NCBI RefSeq assembly: GCF_000406145.1
Contig: NZ_CM001976.1
Span: 777,260 to 809,259 of the forward strand
Reading direction: 5' to 3'
DNA length: 32,000 nucleotides
Origin: Dickeya dadantii NCPPB 898
GTDB taxonomy: Bacteria > Pseudomonadota > Gammaproteobacteria > Enterobacterales > Enterobacteriaceae
The notes under the pieces were generated by a model. The model was given only the letters and a program-made list of their open reading frames with translations. It searched no databases and was not told where the DNA came from. Positions within the stretch are counted from its first letter, which is position 1, and every line of letters starts with the position of its first letter. Below, one piece after another: positions 1 to 8,751 of this stretch. A program made the position numbers and the translations under genes.

Positions 1-450
1 CAGCCAGGCGCTGCCGTCGTCGTCCCAGAATGGACAGGGATCGATCCAGCCTTTGGCTGGCTGCACGCAATGCGGCGCGCTCCAGTCTCCGCGCGGATCG
101 TCGGCCTGACACATGAAGATCCCTTCGTCCGGCGTGCTGAAAAACACCCAGAATTTCCCGGCATGGTAGCGGATGCTGGGCGCCCAGACGCCTTTCCCCG
201 GTTGAAACCGCTCGTAACCCGGCAGGTCGAAACGCGCAAACACATGGTTGATCAGCGTCCAGTTCACCAGATCCCGCGAATGCAGGATCGGCAGCGCCGG
301 CATATGGTTAAAACTGGACGACACCAGATAAATATCCTCGCCCACCCGCACGATGTCGGGGTCTGAATAGTCGGCGAACAAAATGGGGTTACGGTAGCGG
401 CCGTCGCCCCGATCCGGGTTCCAGGGGGATGTTGGTAGTGAAGGTTCCAC
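1..450 (-). CDS. Glycoside hydrolase family 43 enzyme (beta-xylosidase / arabinofuranosidase-like), N-terminal ~150 codons; gene continues beyond the left edge
   Basis: Own reverse-strand translation from GTG 450-448: VEPSLPTSPWNPDRGDGRYRNPILFADYSDPDIVRVGEDIYLVSSSFNHMPALPILHSRDLVNWTLINHVFARFDLPGYERFQPGKGVWAPSIRYHAGKFWVFFSTPDEGIF..., which reads as a typical GH43 propeller N-terminus. It is absent from the ORF track because there is no stop in the window. AAGGAG (462-467 on the reverse strand) lies 11 nt upstream. The gene starts 22 nt after the symporter stop, so the two are probably co-transcribed. Confidence 0.8.
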   Translation of the reverse strand, partial: MEPSLPTSPWNPDRGDGRYRNPILFADYSDPDIVRVGEDIYLVSSSFNHMPALPILHSRDLVNWTLINHVFARFDLPGYERFQPGKGVWAPSIRYHAGKFWVFFSTPDEGIFMCQADDPRGDWSAPHCVQPAKGWIDPCPFWDDDGSAWL

Positions 451-472
451 GTTGATCTTCTCTCCTTCGCTG

Positions 473-1930
473 TCAGGCCGCGCCACGCGGGGTCAAATGG
501 GGATTGACGCCGTCGTCCTGCTCTGTCGCCGGCTGCGGTGTGGCGTGACGGCGCGCGAGGTCGGTCTGGATCTGTGCCATGGTCTTGTCATCCAGTTTAT
601 AGAAACGGGTCAGCCAGTACAGAATCAGGTAGGACAGCGACGGGCCAATACTCAGCAGGCCGATAATGCCGGTGGTGGCAAGCGACGTCTGGGTGGGCGA
701 CCCCGCCACATAGCCGAACCAGCCCAGAGCGAACCCGACCAGCGCCCCGGCGACCGCCATTCCCAGCTTGAGGGCGAACAGATTGCCGGAGAAAGACAGC
801 CCGGTGATGCGACGGCCGGTTTTCCATTCGCCGTAGTCGGCGGCGTTAGCCATCATGTTCCACTTAAACGGTTGATACATCTGGTGGAAGAAACCGATCA
901 GGAAATAGAGCGGAAACACCACCGCAAGCCAGGTGGGCGGCACCAGAAACAGCACCACGCCGGTAATGACCAGCAGCAGGTTGATGTTTTTGAACAGGCT
1001 GAGGCTGCGATAGCGTTTGGCGAAATAACCGGCCAGCATGGCGCCGATAATGGTGCCGACCACGCTGGTGGTGATAAACGCGCTTTTCATCGCGGTGCCG
1101 GCGGGACCGCTGTGCTCCGGGCCGGCCATCAGGTAGGTGGCATAGTACAGCGTGGCCGCGCCGCGCATCACGCCCGCCATGCTGGAGAAAAAGGTAATGA
1201 CGGCGACGATGCGCCACTGGTCGTTACTCAGCAGATTTTTCACATCGTCCCAGACGTTCTGCCCTTGATCCACCTGCGGATTGATCCGCTCCTGGGTGGT
1301 GAAAAAGCAGAAAACCAGCATGATGACGGCCAGAACGCCCATTATCGCCATGGTGCCCTGATAACCGAGTTGCTTATCGCCGCGGCCGATCCAGTCCACC
1401 AGCCACAGGGTTCCCACCGACACCAGCAGCCCGGCGGCGGAGGAGATGGTGAAGCGGTAAGACTGGGCGGAAAGCCGGTCTTTTTCATCGGTGGTGATGA
1501 CCCCGCCCAGCGAACAGTAGGGAATGTTGATGAAGGTGTAGAACATCATCAACAGGGTGTAGGTGATGTAGGCGTAAACCAGTTTCCCGGTGCCGGCCAG
1601 GTCCGGCGTGGTGTAGGTCAGAACAGCAATGACGGCGTACGGGACCGCGAACCAGATAAGCCAGGGGCGAAAATGTCCCCAGCGGGTGCGGGTTCGGTCG
1701 GCCAGCAGGCCGATCATAGGGTCGATGACGGCGTCCAGTACGCGGGTTACCAGAAACATTACGCCCACCGCCGCCGCGGAAATGCCGTAAATATCGGTAT
1801 AAAAATAGGTCAGGAACATGGTCACCGAGGAATAGACGATGCCGCAGGCCGCGTCTCCCATACCGAAACCGATTTTTTCCGCCGTGCTCAGCTTATTATC
1901 CGCCGTGCTCAACTTGTTATTGTTAGTCAT
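473..1930 (-). CDS. GPH-family glycoside-pentoside-hexuronide:cation symporter (YagG/XynT-like xyloside transporter)
   Basis: Track ORF 473..1960. I moved the start to ATG 1930 because GGAG (1937-1940, reverse) sits 6 nt upstream. The profile is polytopic and hydrophobic, with an N-terminal GFGMGD motif typical of MelB/GPH transporters. It lies directly upstream of the GH43 gene. Confidence 0.85.
   Translation of the reverse strand: MTNNNKLSTADNKLSTAEKIGFGMGDAACGIVYSSVTMFLTYFYTDIYGISAAAVGVMFLVTRVLDAVIDPMIGLLADRTRTRWGHFRPWLIWFAVPYAVIAVLTYTTPDLAGTGKLVYAYITYTLLMMFYTFINIPYCSLGGVITTDEKDRLSAQSYRFTISSAAGLLVSVGTLWLVDWIGRGDKQLGYQGTMAIMGVLAVIMLVFCFFTTQERINPQVDQGQNVWDDVKNLLSNDQWRIVAVITFFSSMAGVMRGAATLYYATYLMAGPEHSGPAGTAMKSAFITTSVVGTIIGAMLAGYFAKRYRSLSLFKNINLLLVITGVVLFLVPPTWLAVVFPLYFLIGFFHQMYQPFKWNMMANAADYGEWKTGRRITGLSFSGNLFALKLGMAVAGALVGFALGWFGYVAGSPTQTSLATTGIIGLLSIGPSLSYLILYWLTRFYKLDDKTMAQIQTDLARRHATPQPATEQDDGVNPHLTPRGAA
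1878..1919 (-). repeat. In-frame 21-bp tandem duplication (2 units, 19/21 identical) in the symporter N-terminus
   Basis: tccgccgtgctcagcttatta / tccgccgtgctcaacttgtta. On the coding strand this encodes NKLSTAD-NKLSTAE. Confidence 0.9.
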
Positions 1931-2270
1931 TGGAAACTCCGATGATGGATATCCCGTCATACTCCGCGTTGCAGTCGTGTCGGTTTGATTACCCGGTCCA
2001 TAAAAGGAGCATTGCCCTTAAGGGTCAACGCAACGCGAATATTGTGGGTATAAAAGCAACGTTTGCTCCGTTCCCGCTTATTGTTGTGGTTAGTTGAATG
2101 GGAGACTATTGCGGAATTTCTTATGTTGGTTACGTTTACTGGTATCTGTTATACCGCTCACGAATTTGTGGGGAAGGAAAGAGAAAGTGACAGCAATAAT
2201 AGGTTTTTTTGCTTTTAAATACAGCCTATTAACCTGTCAGTCAGGTGCCGAGGTGGTATAACAATATTTT

Positions 2271-2327
2271 GGCCTTCGGCCTATCTTGTGGCCTTTGGCC
2301 TGTGCTGTGGCCGCCGGCAGCCTGCGA
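2271..2327. repeat. Three 19-bp-period copies of a GGCC-N3-GGCC mini-hairpin motif
   Basis: ggccttcggcctatcttgt / ggcctttggcctgtgctgt / ggccgccggcagcctgcga, starting at 2271, 2290 and 2309. Intergenic, downstream of dinI. Confidence 0.6.
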
Positions 2328-2448
2328 ACCGGCCGGGAACGGGATGCCGGTCAGGCGTACCCGGCAACGATCTGGTTAGCGGCTCATGATGGCGTTTGCG
2401 GCGGCGAAGCGGTGCCGCGATAGACCCGGGAAACCGGCCTGACCGTCA

Positions 2449-2688
2449 TTATTCCGGCGTCAGCCATTCGTCGGCTTCGTTAAACATCTCTTCGATAATC
2501 CGGTTAATGGTGGATTTATCCTGTTTGCTGGCGTTGGAATTGATGGCGTTGGCTTGCATCGGTTTTATCTTGATTTCCGCGTCCGGAAAGACCCGATGAA
2601 TGCGTTTGGCGAGTTCGTTTTTAATTTGCTCCGCCGCGTTGGGTAACCCGCTCACGTTTCTTTTATCGTAAACCAACTCTACGTACAT
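2449..2688 (-). CDS. dinI: DinI-family DNA-damage-inducible protein
   Basis: MYVELVYDKRNV...ELAKRIHRVFPD...KQDKSTINRIIEEMFNEADEWLTPE aligns with E. coli DinI (ELSRRIQYAFPD ... KEDKQRISEILQETWESADDWFVSE). Track ORF is 2449..2703. The preferred start is ATG 2688, with GGAG at 2698-2701 and a 9-nt spacer. Confidence 0.85.
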   Translation of the reverse strand: MYVELVYDKRNVSGLPNAAEQIKNELAKRIHRVFPDAEIKIKPMQANAINSNASKQDKSTINRIIEEMFNEADEWLTPE

Positions 2689-2709
2689 TAGCTGCATCTC
2701 CATGAAAAA

Positions 2710-2729
2710 TACTGGCTAAATATACAGAT
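2710..2729 (-). promoter_or_regulatory. LexA (SOS) box upstream of dinI
   Basis: tactggctaaatatacagat has CTG-N10-CAG (CTG 2712-2714, CAG 2725-2727). It matches the gamma-proteobacterial TACTG(TA)5CAGTA consensus with few mismatches. Confidence 0.65.
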
Positions 2730-3002
2730 TTATTGCAGGGGGCCGCAATCGGTTTTTTTAGGAGCAGCCCGCGATCGCTTTTTCCATATAAACGCAGAGC
2801 GGGTCGTCACCGTTAAGGAGAGAACGGGCCGCGCAGGCGATAGACAATAGCGGGCGATGTGCTGGCATTACAGGCTCCTTATTAACCAATAATCGGTTCG
2901 CTATTTCATCTAATGCCATGATAAAAAGGGGAATAAGCGGTGTGGTCGGAGTCGGCCGACCGTGGTATGAACCCCTTTTCAGCCATCAGAAAGGAATGAC
3001 GT

Positions 3003-3398
3003 ATGACCACATTACGCGTGGCGCGGCCGGTAACGGATCTGCAACGAAGCGAGCGGATGTACCGTGATGGGCTAGGGTTGCAGAAATTAGGCTCGTTTGC
3101 GCAACACGACGGCTTCAGTGGTGTTATGCTGGGTCGGCAGGGGCTGGCCTGGCACCTTGAGTTTACCGTTTGTCATACTCATCCGGTCATGCCGGCGCCG
3201 ACGGAAGACGATTTACTGGTGCTGTACGTTTCCGACCATGAGGGGTGGCAGGCGTCCTGCGATCGCATGGTGCAGGCCGGATTCAGCGTGGTGGCGTCAT
3301 TTAATCCTTACTGGGAGCGGCAGGGCAAAACTTTCCGTGATCCCGACGGTTACCGGGTGGTGTTGCAGCAAGGGCGCTGGCCGAATGCCGACTTATAA
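3003..3398 (+). CDS. VOC (glyoxalase / bleomycin-resistance / dioxygenase) family protein
   Basis: 131 aa. The N-terminal RV.DL..S..FY-like MYRDGLGL and the C-terminal FRDPDGYRVVL are typical VOC beta-alpha-beta-beta-beta module endings. AGGA lies 7 nt upstream of the ATG. Confidence 0.7.
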   Translation: MTTLRVARPVTDLQRSERMYRDGLGLQKLGSFAQHDGFSGVMLGRQGLAWHLEFTVCHTHPVMPAPTEDDLLVLYVSDHEGWQASCDRMVQAGFSVVASFNPYWERQGKTFRDPDGYRVVLQQGRWPNADL

Positions 3399-3412
3399 CG
3401 AAGAGAATAACC

Positions 3413-3697
3413 ATGTATATCATAAGTTTGACGTACAACGCGCCGCTGGATGAAGTAGAAAACTTGCTGGAAAGGCACGTGACCTGGCTGAAACGGGGAT
3501 ATGAACAAGGTGTGTTTGTGGCGTCCGGGCGCAAAAATCCGCGTACCGGGGGAGTGATTCTGGCTAAGAGCGTCGGACGGGAAGAGCTGGATGATTTTTT
3601 AAAGCAGGATCCGTTTCAGGCGGTGGCCAACTACGAGGTGATCGATTTCCAGCCGTCGATGACCGTTGATGCCTTCGCGGCCCTCAGCCGCATCTGA
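3413..3697 (+). CDS. YciI-family protein
   Basis: 94 aa. MYIISLTY...HV.WL...GVFVASGR......GGVILA......EL..FL..DPF is the YciI-like pattern. It lies 14 nt after the VOC gene stop, so the two are a likely operon. Confidence 0.7.
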   Translation: MYIISLTYNAPLDEVENLLERHVTWLKRGYEQGVFVASGRKNPRTGGVILAKSVGREELDDFLKQDPFQAVANYEVIDFQPSMTVDAFAALSRI

Positions 3698-3703
3698 GCA
3701 ACA

Positions 3704-3736
3704 CGCTCCGGTATGCGCCGCGCGCGCGCCGGAGCG
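3704..3736. terminator. GC-rich hairpin between the convergent yciI-like gene and ddlA
   Basis: cgctccgg (3704-3711) pairs with ccggagcg (3729-3736). There is no clear U-run on either strand. Confidence 0.4.
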
Positions 3737-3753
3737 CATCCATCACTTGCGCG

Positions 3754-4854
3754 TCATTCGCGCACCGAGCTTTGCAGATTGCTGTCCTGCGCGTGGCGCT
3801 CCAGCGCCAGTTCAATCAATTGGGTGATCAGAGCGGTATAGCCAAGCCCACTGGCCTCCCACAGTTTCGGGTACATGCTGATGTTGGTGAAACCGGGCAG
3901 GGTGTTGACCTCGTTGACAATCACCTGCTGGTCCGGCGTCAGGAACACGTCTACCCGCGCCATGCCCTGGCAGTCCAGCGTCTGGAACGCCCGCAGGGCG
4001 ATATCGCGGATATGCTGGTGCACCTCGTCGTCCATCGCCGCCGGAATCGCTACCGCCGCGCCGTCTTCGTTGATGTATTTGGTGTCGTAGGAGTAAAACT
4101 CGTCGTGCAGCACGATTTCGCCGCAGACGCTGGCTTTCGGGTAGTCGTTGCCCAGCACCGCACATTCGATTTCACGACCGACGATCGCCGACTCCACCAG
4201 CACTTTGTGGTCGTAACGGAACGCCAGATCCACCGCCCGCTCGAATTCCGCCTGATTACGTACTTTGCTCACGCCGACGGAAGATCCCTGATTGGCCGGT
4301 TTGACGAACAGCGGCAGACCCAGTTGCGCCGTCACGCTGTCATAGGGATGGCGGGCGCGGTTGGCGCGGGTTAGGGTGACGAACGGCGCTACCTGCAGGC
4401 CGGCGTCGCGCAGCAACCGCTTGGTGACGTCTTTGTCCATGCTGACGGCGGAACCCAGCACGCTGCTGCCGATAAACGGAATGTTCGCCATGCGCAGCAA
4501 CCCCTGCAACGAACCGTCTTCGCCCAGCGTGCCGTGAACGATCGGGAAAATGACGTCAATCTGCGACAGCGCGCTGGCGCTGGCGGTGTCGATCAACTGA
4601 TGGTGGGTTTGCCCCGGAATCAGCGCCACATTCTGACTGGATCGGTTTAAGGCGATCAGCGCCGGGTTGTCGGCGTTGAGCAGGTAGTTGGAGGCGTCGT
4701 TGACGTGCCATTCCCCTTGCTTGTCGATGCCCAGCAACACCACATCGAACCGCGTTTTATCAATGGCGTCCACAATGTTTTTTGCGGACTGCAGTGACAC
4801 TTCGTGCTCAGAGGATTTACCACCAAAAACCACGCCAACCCGAATTTTACTCAT
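3754..4854 (-). CDS. ddlA: D-alanine--D-alanine ligase A
   Basis: [51 protein letters not shown]...[20 protein letters not shown]...[38 protein letters not shown] is near-collinear with E. coli DdlA. Track ORF is 3754..4902. The start was moved to ATG 4854 by homology with MEKLRVGIVFGG. Confidence 0.95.
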   Translation of the reverse strand: MSKIRVGVVFGGKSSEHEVSLQSAKNIVDAIDKTRFDVVLLGIDKQGEWHVNDASNYLLNADNPALIALNRSSQNVALIPGQTHHQLIDTASASALSQIDVIFPIVHGTLGEDGSLQGLLRMANIPFIGSSVLGSAVSMDKDVTKRLLRDAGLQVAPFVTLTRANRARHPYDSVTAQLGLPLFVKPANQGSSVGVSKVRNQAEFERAVDLAFRYDHKVLVESAIVGREIECAVLGNDYPKASVCGEIVLHDEFYSYDTKYINEDGAAVAIPAAMDDEVHQHIRDIALRAFQTLDCQGMARVDVFLTPDQQVIVNEVNTLPGFTNISMYPKLWEASGLGYTALITQLIELALERHAQDSNLQSSVRE

Positions 4855-5041
4855 ATCACTCTTTCCGTTCATGGGATCGTTGTACTGTCTACCGCCTGAC
4901 AAGACGTCATTTGACCTGTGGTTGCAAGAGTATCATTTCGTGCCGCGACACGGGACTTTTTTCCGGTCGCCGGCCGCGGCGTTTTTCCGGTTCTGGCGCA
5001 AAAATTGCTGATTCGAAAGAAACGCGCAACAGGAGAAGGGT

Positions 5042-5866
5042 ATGCGTACCGGTTCAATGTCGCCGGCGGTCAGGCCGCTGCAGCCCTGGTTTGTGATCAA
5101 TGCCGCCGAAGACTATCTGAAAAAGGCGCTTATCGACTCGCCGATCGCGCATTTTTACTGCTTTTCCGTCGCCAGAGAACAGCCGGTGACGCTGGCGGTG
5201 CCGGACGGCAGCGTCGATATCCTGTTCAACATCAGTGGCAACGCGCCGTTTGGGCGGGTATGCGGCAGCACCGAGGCGGCGCAGGCGACCCGGCTCAGCC
5301 CCGGCGAACGTTATTTCGGCGTACGCTTCATGCCGGGCGTGATGCCGGCGTTTCTGGATCTGTCCGCCGGCGAGCTGGCCGGGCAGGAGATCGCGTTTCA
5401 TGACGCGGCGCCCGGCGCCGGGCGGCTGGTGGAGCGGCTGGCCGACAGCCGGGATTTCGGTGAGCAGGTGTCGCTGTTTCTGAGCTATTTTTCCCGCCAG
5501 ATGGATCGGGTTTCCCCGCCGTTGCTGCTGCAGATGATCGATTTGATCATGGCGCACGACGGGGTGATCCGGGTCGAACAGCTGGAACGGAAAACCCTCT
5601 ATTCCGCCCGTTATATCCACCGTTTGTTTCACGACCACTGCGGCATGTCCACCAAGGCGTTTTGCCGCACTATCCGCTTTCAGCGCGCGCTGTCGCTGCT
5701 TAATCAGGGCGACGCGCAGAACATGGCGATGCTGGCCCAGCGGCTCGGCTATGCCGACCAGTCGCATTTCCTGCGCGAATTCAAGGATTTCGCTTCCTGT
5801 TCGCCCAAAGCCTATCTGGCGGGGATTCAGGCTATCCGTTATCAGCACCGCATCCGGCAGTGTTGA
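5042..5866 (+). CDS. AraC/XylS-family transcriptional regulator
   Basis: The C-terminal double HTH reads ...YSARYIHRLFHDHCGMSTKAFCRTIRFQRAL...LAQRLGYADQSHFLREFKDFASCSPKAYL. AGGAG (5031-5035) lies 6 nt upstream of the ATG. Confidence 0.85.
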   Translation: MRTGSMSPAVRPLQPWFVINAAEDYLKKALIDSPIAHFYCFSVAREQPVTLAVPDGSVDILFNISGNAPFGRVCGSTEAAQATRLSPGERYFGVRFMPGVMPAFLDLSAGELAGQEIAFHDAAPGAGRLVERLADSRDFGEQVSLFLSYFSRQMDRVSPPLLLQMIDLIMAHDGVIRVEQLERKTLYSARYIHRLFHDHCGMSTKAFCRTIRFQRALSLLNQGDAQNMAMLAQRLGYADQSHFLREFKDFASCSPKAYLAGIQAIRYQHRIRQC

Positions 5867-6133
5867 CGTTTTCGCCAGTGCGTACGGCGTGCCATCCCTT
5901 GATGTTCACCTCCCTCTGAGATACCGGATCGACGGGCATGTCCGGCTGGCTGCGCTGCGGACGGGCCGTTCGCGTTCGTTGCCTTTTTTTAGTGCGAAAT
6001 TGCACCAAAACAACGCCGGTTCTGCACCGTGGCCTGTGCCGATTTGTTCTATTTTCCCGCCCCGCCGTCCCGCTATAAACAGCTCACGGAACGTGTTTCT
6101 TTTCTTCATCAATCAGAGTTGAGCGAGGGTGTT

Positions 6134-7504
6134 ATGGCGGATGCAAAAAAGGTAGTACCGGGGTTCTATACCATTGACGATGCTATCGCGCTGGATGGCA
6201 AAACAACGCGGGAGTTGCAACTGACCCACCTGAACCGCATGCGGTCGCTGGACGGGCACGCCAAGTATTTCGTACGGGCGGAAGGCAGCACCTTTATCGA
6301 CGACAACGGCGACAAGCATCTGGACATGATCGGCGCGGTCGGCGTGGTGACGGTCGGCAACAACAACGAGTTTGTCTGGTCCTGCCTGCAGAAGTGTTTC
6401 GACAACCGCCTGTTCATGATGGGCGCCATCTCTTACCACAACGTCGCGGCGGCGCTGGCGCACAACATGGCGCTGCTGTCGCCGCAGGGCAAACTCACCA
6501 AGATGGGCACCGCCACCGGCGGCGCGGAAGCCATCGAAGGCATGATCAAACTGGTGAAACTCGGCACCCGTCATAAACCGGAGAAAACCCACCTGCTGGC
6601 GACGCTGGGCGCGTTTCACGGCAAGACCTCCGGCGCGGTGTCGCTGGGCGGCAAGGACAAATGGCGCTTCGGTCAACAGCCGACGCTCGGCAACATCGAC
6701 CACGTGACCTACGGTTCGGTCGACGAACTCGCGGCGGCGCTGGCTACCGGCAAGTACAAGGCGTTTGTGGTGGAGCCGATTCAGGGCGAAGGCGGCATTT
6801 TGGTGCCGCCTGCGGGGTATCTGAAAGCGGCTCGCGAGCTGTGCGACCGTTACGACACGCTGTTGGTACTGGATGAAATCCAGTGCGGCGCGGCGCGTAC
6901 CGGTAAATTCTGGTGCTGCGAGCACGAAGACGTGGTGCCGGATTGCATCGTGTTCGCCAAGGGGTTGTCCGGCGGGCTGGTGCCGTTCGGCGGTTATCTC
7001 TGTACCGAAGCATTGTACGAAGCGGCTTACGGCACCATCGAAACCTGTTATCACCACACCGCCACCTATCAGGAAAACACCCTCAGCGCCGCGGCGGCGC
7101 TGGGCGCGTTGCAGTTCATCGTGGAGCACGACCTGTGCGGCATGGCGGAACACAAGGGCGCGCGCATGATGCAGCGGCTGCGCGAAGTACAGGCGCGTTA
7201 CCCCGGCGTGATCCGCGAGGTGCGCGGCAAAGGGCTGATGATCGGCATGGAATTCTGCCCGATGCCGGAAGCGCAGCGCGCGACGTTCGGCGACTACTAC
7301 TCCGCGCCCATCGCCGGCCTGATGGTGGAGAAATGGCGCATTCAGGTGAATTTCACCATCAATAATCTGGCGGTGTTCCGCTTCCTGCCGCCGCTGACCA
7401 TCACCGACGAGGAACTGGATTACGCGCTGGATGCCTTTGAGTCCTCGGTGGCGCAGGTGGTCGAGCAGGTGAAGGCCGCCGCTCCGTCGGCGACGCCGGC
7501 GTGA
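6134..7504 (+). CDS. Class-III (acetylornithine/GABA/putrescine type) PLP-dependent aminotransferase
   Basis: Motifs GGAEAIEGMIKL, LLVLDEIQCGAARTGKFW and FAKGLSGGLVPFG (PLP-lysine context). Track ORF is 6029..7504. The start was moved to ATG 6134 (MADAKK...), which has GAGGG upstream. Confidence 0.85.
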   Translation: MADAKKVVPGFYTIDDAIALDGKTTRELQLTHLNRMRSLDGHAKYFVRAEGSTFIDDNGDKHLDMIGAVGVVTVGNNNEFVWSCLQKCFDNRLFMMGAISYHNVAAALAHNMALLSPQGKLTKMGTATGGAEAIEGMIKLVKLGTRHKPEKTHLLATLGAFHGKTSGAVSLGGKDKWRFGQQPTLGNIDHVTYGSVDELAAALATGKYKAFVVEPIQGEGGILVPPAGYLKAARELCDRYDTLLVLDEIQCGAARTGKFWCCEHEDVVPDCIVFAKGLSGGLVPFGGYLCTEALYEAAYGTIETCYHHTATYQENTLSAAAALGALQFIVEHDLCGMAEHKGARMMQRLREVQARYPGVIREVRGKGLMIGMEFCPMPEAQRATFGDYYSAPIAGLMVEKWRIQVNFTINNLAVFRFLPPLTITDEELDYALDAFESSVAQVVEQVKAAAPSATPA

Positions 7505-7514
7505 GGAGCGAGTG

Positions 7515-8669
7515 ATGAACTTCTCTTATCTGCAACCGGTCAAGCTGTGCTTTGGCCGCGGCGAGTCGAAACGGGTGGGGCAGGAGGTCGCGCAGCTGGG
7601 GCGCAAGGTGCTGCTGGTGACCGGCACCACCAGTTGCCGCAAAACCGGTCTGTTGGATCGGGTGACCGATGCGCTGGCCGCCAGCGGCGTGACCTGCTTT
7701 CTGTTTGAACGCATCGAATCCAACCCGCTCAGCACCACGGTGGACGACGGCGCGCGGCTGGCGCGCATGCACCAGTGCGACGTGGTGCTGGGGGTCGGCG
7801 GCGGCAGCGTGATGGACGCCGCCAAAGCCATCGCGTTCATGGCGAAACATACTGGGTCGGTGGTCGATTACCTGTCGGCCTCCGCTCCGGCGGGCGAGGC
7901 GCTGCCGCTGGTGCTGATGACCACCACGGCGGGCACCGGCAGCGAAGGCAACTGCGTGGCGGTGGTCACCAACCCGGCGACCCACGACAAACTGGTGTTC
8001 GTCAGCCCGGCGCTGTTCGCCCGCACCGCCATCATCGATCCGACGCTGATGGTGACCCAAACCCCGGCGATGGTGGCCTCTACCGGTTTTGACGCCATGA
8101 GCCACAACATCGAAGCGCTGGTCGGGCGCTATGTCCAGCCGATGAGCGCGATCATGAGCCGGGAAGCCATCGGCCTGCTGGCGCGCTATCTGCCGCGTGT
8201 CTGGCGCGACGCCGGCGATCTGGACGCCTGGGATCAGGTGTGCTGGGCCAACACCCTCGGCGGTATGGCGATCGGATTGTCGGCCTGCGGGTTGCCGCAT
8301 GCGATGGAGCACCCGCTGAGCGGGCTGTACAACATCACCCACGGTCAGGGGCTGGCGGCGCTCTACCCGGCGCTGATGGAGTTCTCCTGGCGCGACAACG
8401 TGGCCGGGTTCGCCGCGGTGGCGCGGGCGATGAGCGACGACGTCGCGGCCTTGAGCGAAGAGGCGCAGGCCCGGCACAGCGTGGTGCTGATCCGGCAATT
8501 ACTGGGGACGCTGGCGCTGAACTTCACGCTGCGCGATCTGGGCGTGGATGAGAAAGATATCCCGTGGATGGCGGACAACTGCGTGCAGACGATGGGGTTC
8601 AGCCTGCAGCAGAACCCGCGCATCGCCACGCGGGATGAGGTGGAGGCCCTGTATCGGGCCTGTCTGTAA
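7515..8669 (+). CDS. Iron-containing (group III) alcohol dehydrogenase
   Basis: VLGVGGGSVMDAAKAIAF, the Gly-rich TTAGTGSE, and the His cluster HNIEAL...HAMEHPLSG...HG. GGAG (7505-7508) lies 6 nt upstream of ATG 7515, and the gene follows 11 nt after the aminotransferase stop. Confidence 0.85.
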   Translation: MNFSYLQPVKLCFGRGESKRVGQEVAQLGRKVLLVTGTTSCRKTGLLDRVTDALAASGVTCFLFERIESNPLSTTVDDGARLARMHQCDVVLGVGGGSVMDAAKAIAFMAKHTGSVVDYLSASAPAGEALPLVLMTTTAGTGSEGNCVAVVTNPATHDKLVFVSPALFARTAIIDPTLMVTQTPAMVASTGFDAMSHNIEALVGRYVQPMSAIMSREAIGLLARYLPRVWRDAGDLDAWDQVCWANTLGGMAIGLSACGLPHAMEHPLSGLYNITHGQGLAALYPALMEFSWRDNVAGFAAVARAMSDDVAALSEEAQARHSVVLIRQLLGTLALNFTLRDLGVDEKDIPWMADNCVQTMGFSLQQNPRIATRDEVEALYRACL

Positions 8670-8751
8670 GCAACCATAGGCTGTGAACAGGCCGCCAGGC
8701 GGCGGCCGTGTTCGCCCGTCTTCAACCCGGTGCGCGATCGCGAGGGCCAAA

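Noticed and set aside
452-1945. 497-aa + strand ORF, plus similar long ORFs at 5054..5848(-), 6113..7153(-), 7401..8498(-), 8730..9572(+), 10692..11456(-), 22662..23696(-), 25391..26413(-), 26322..27509(-), 28118..29200(-) and 30511..31362(-).
   Set aside because: Each lies antisense to, or out of frame within, a gene with clear family identity. Their translations are Arg/Gly/His/Gln/Pro-rich low-complexity strings typical of non-coding frames in GC-rich DNA. None has a recognisable motif.
2055-2067. LacI/PurR-type operator-like palindrome agcaacgtttgct upstream of the symporter gene.
   Set aside because: It is one base short of the symmetric GCAAACGTTTGC. No LacI-family regulator gene is in the window. 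It cannot be distinguished from chance without comparative data.
2157-2171. CRP-like site ctcacgaatttgtgg upstream of the symporter operon.
   Set aside because: The half-sites are in the wrong order (TCAC-N6-GTG instead of TGTGA-N6-TCACA), so it is not a CRP palindrome.
3754-4902. N-terminal extensions in the ORF track: ddlA +16 aa, aminotransferase +35 aa, permease +23 aa, iolG +10 aa, iolE +15 aa, ABC ATPase +7 aa, ABC permease +11 aa, MFS +4 aa, symporter +10 aa.
   Set aside because: In each case an internal ATG has a properly spaced SD and matches the N-terminus of the known family. The upstream extension overlaps the preceding gene or spacer.
6030-6046. Sigma-54-like TGGC...TTG element upstream of the aminotransferase.
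   Set aside because: The GG and GC elements are not at the required 12-nt register (TGGCAC-N5-TTGC), and no enhancer-binding protein gene is nearby.
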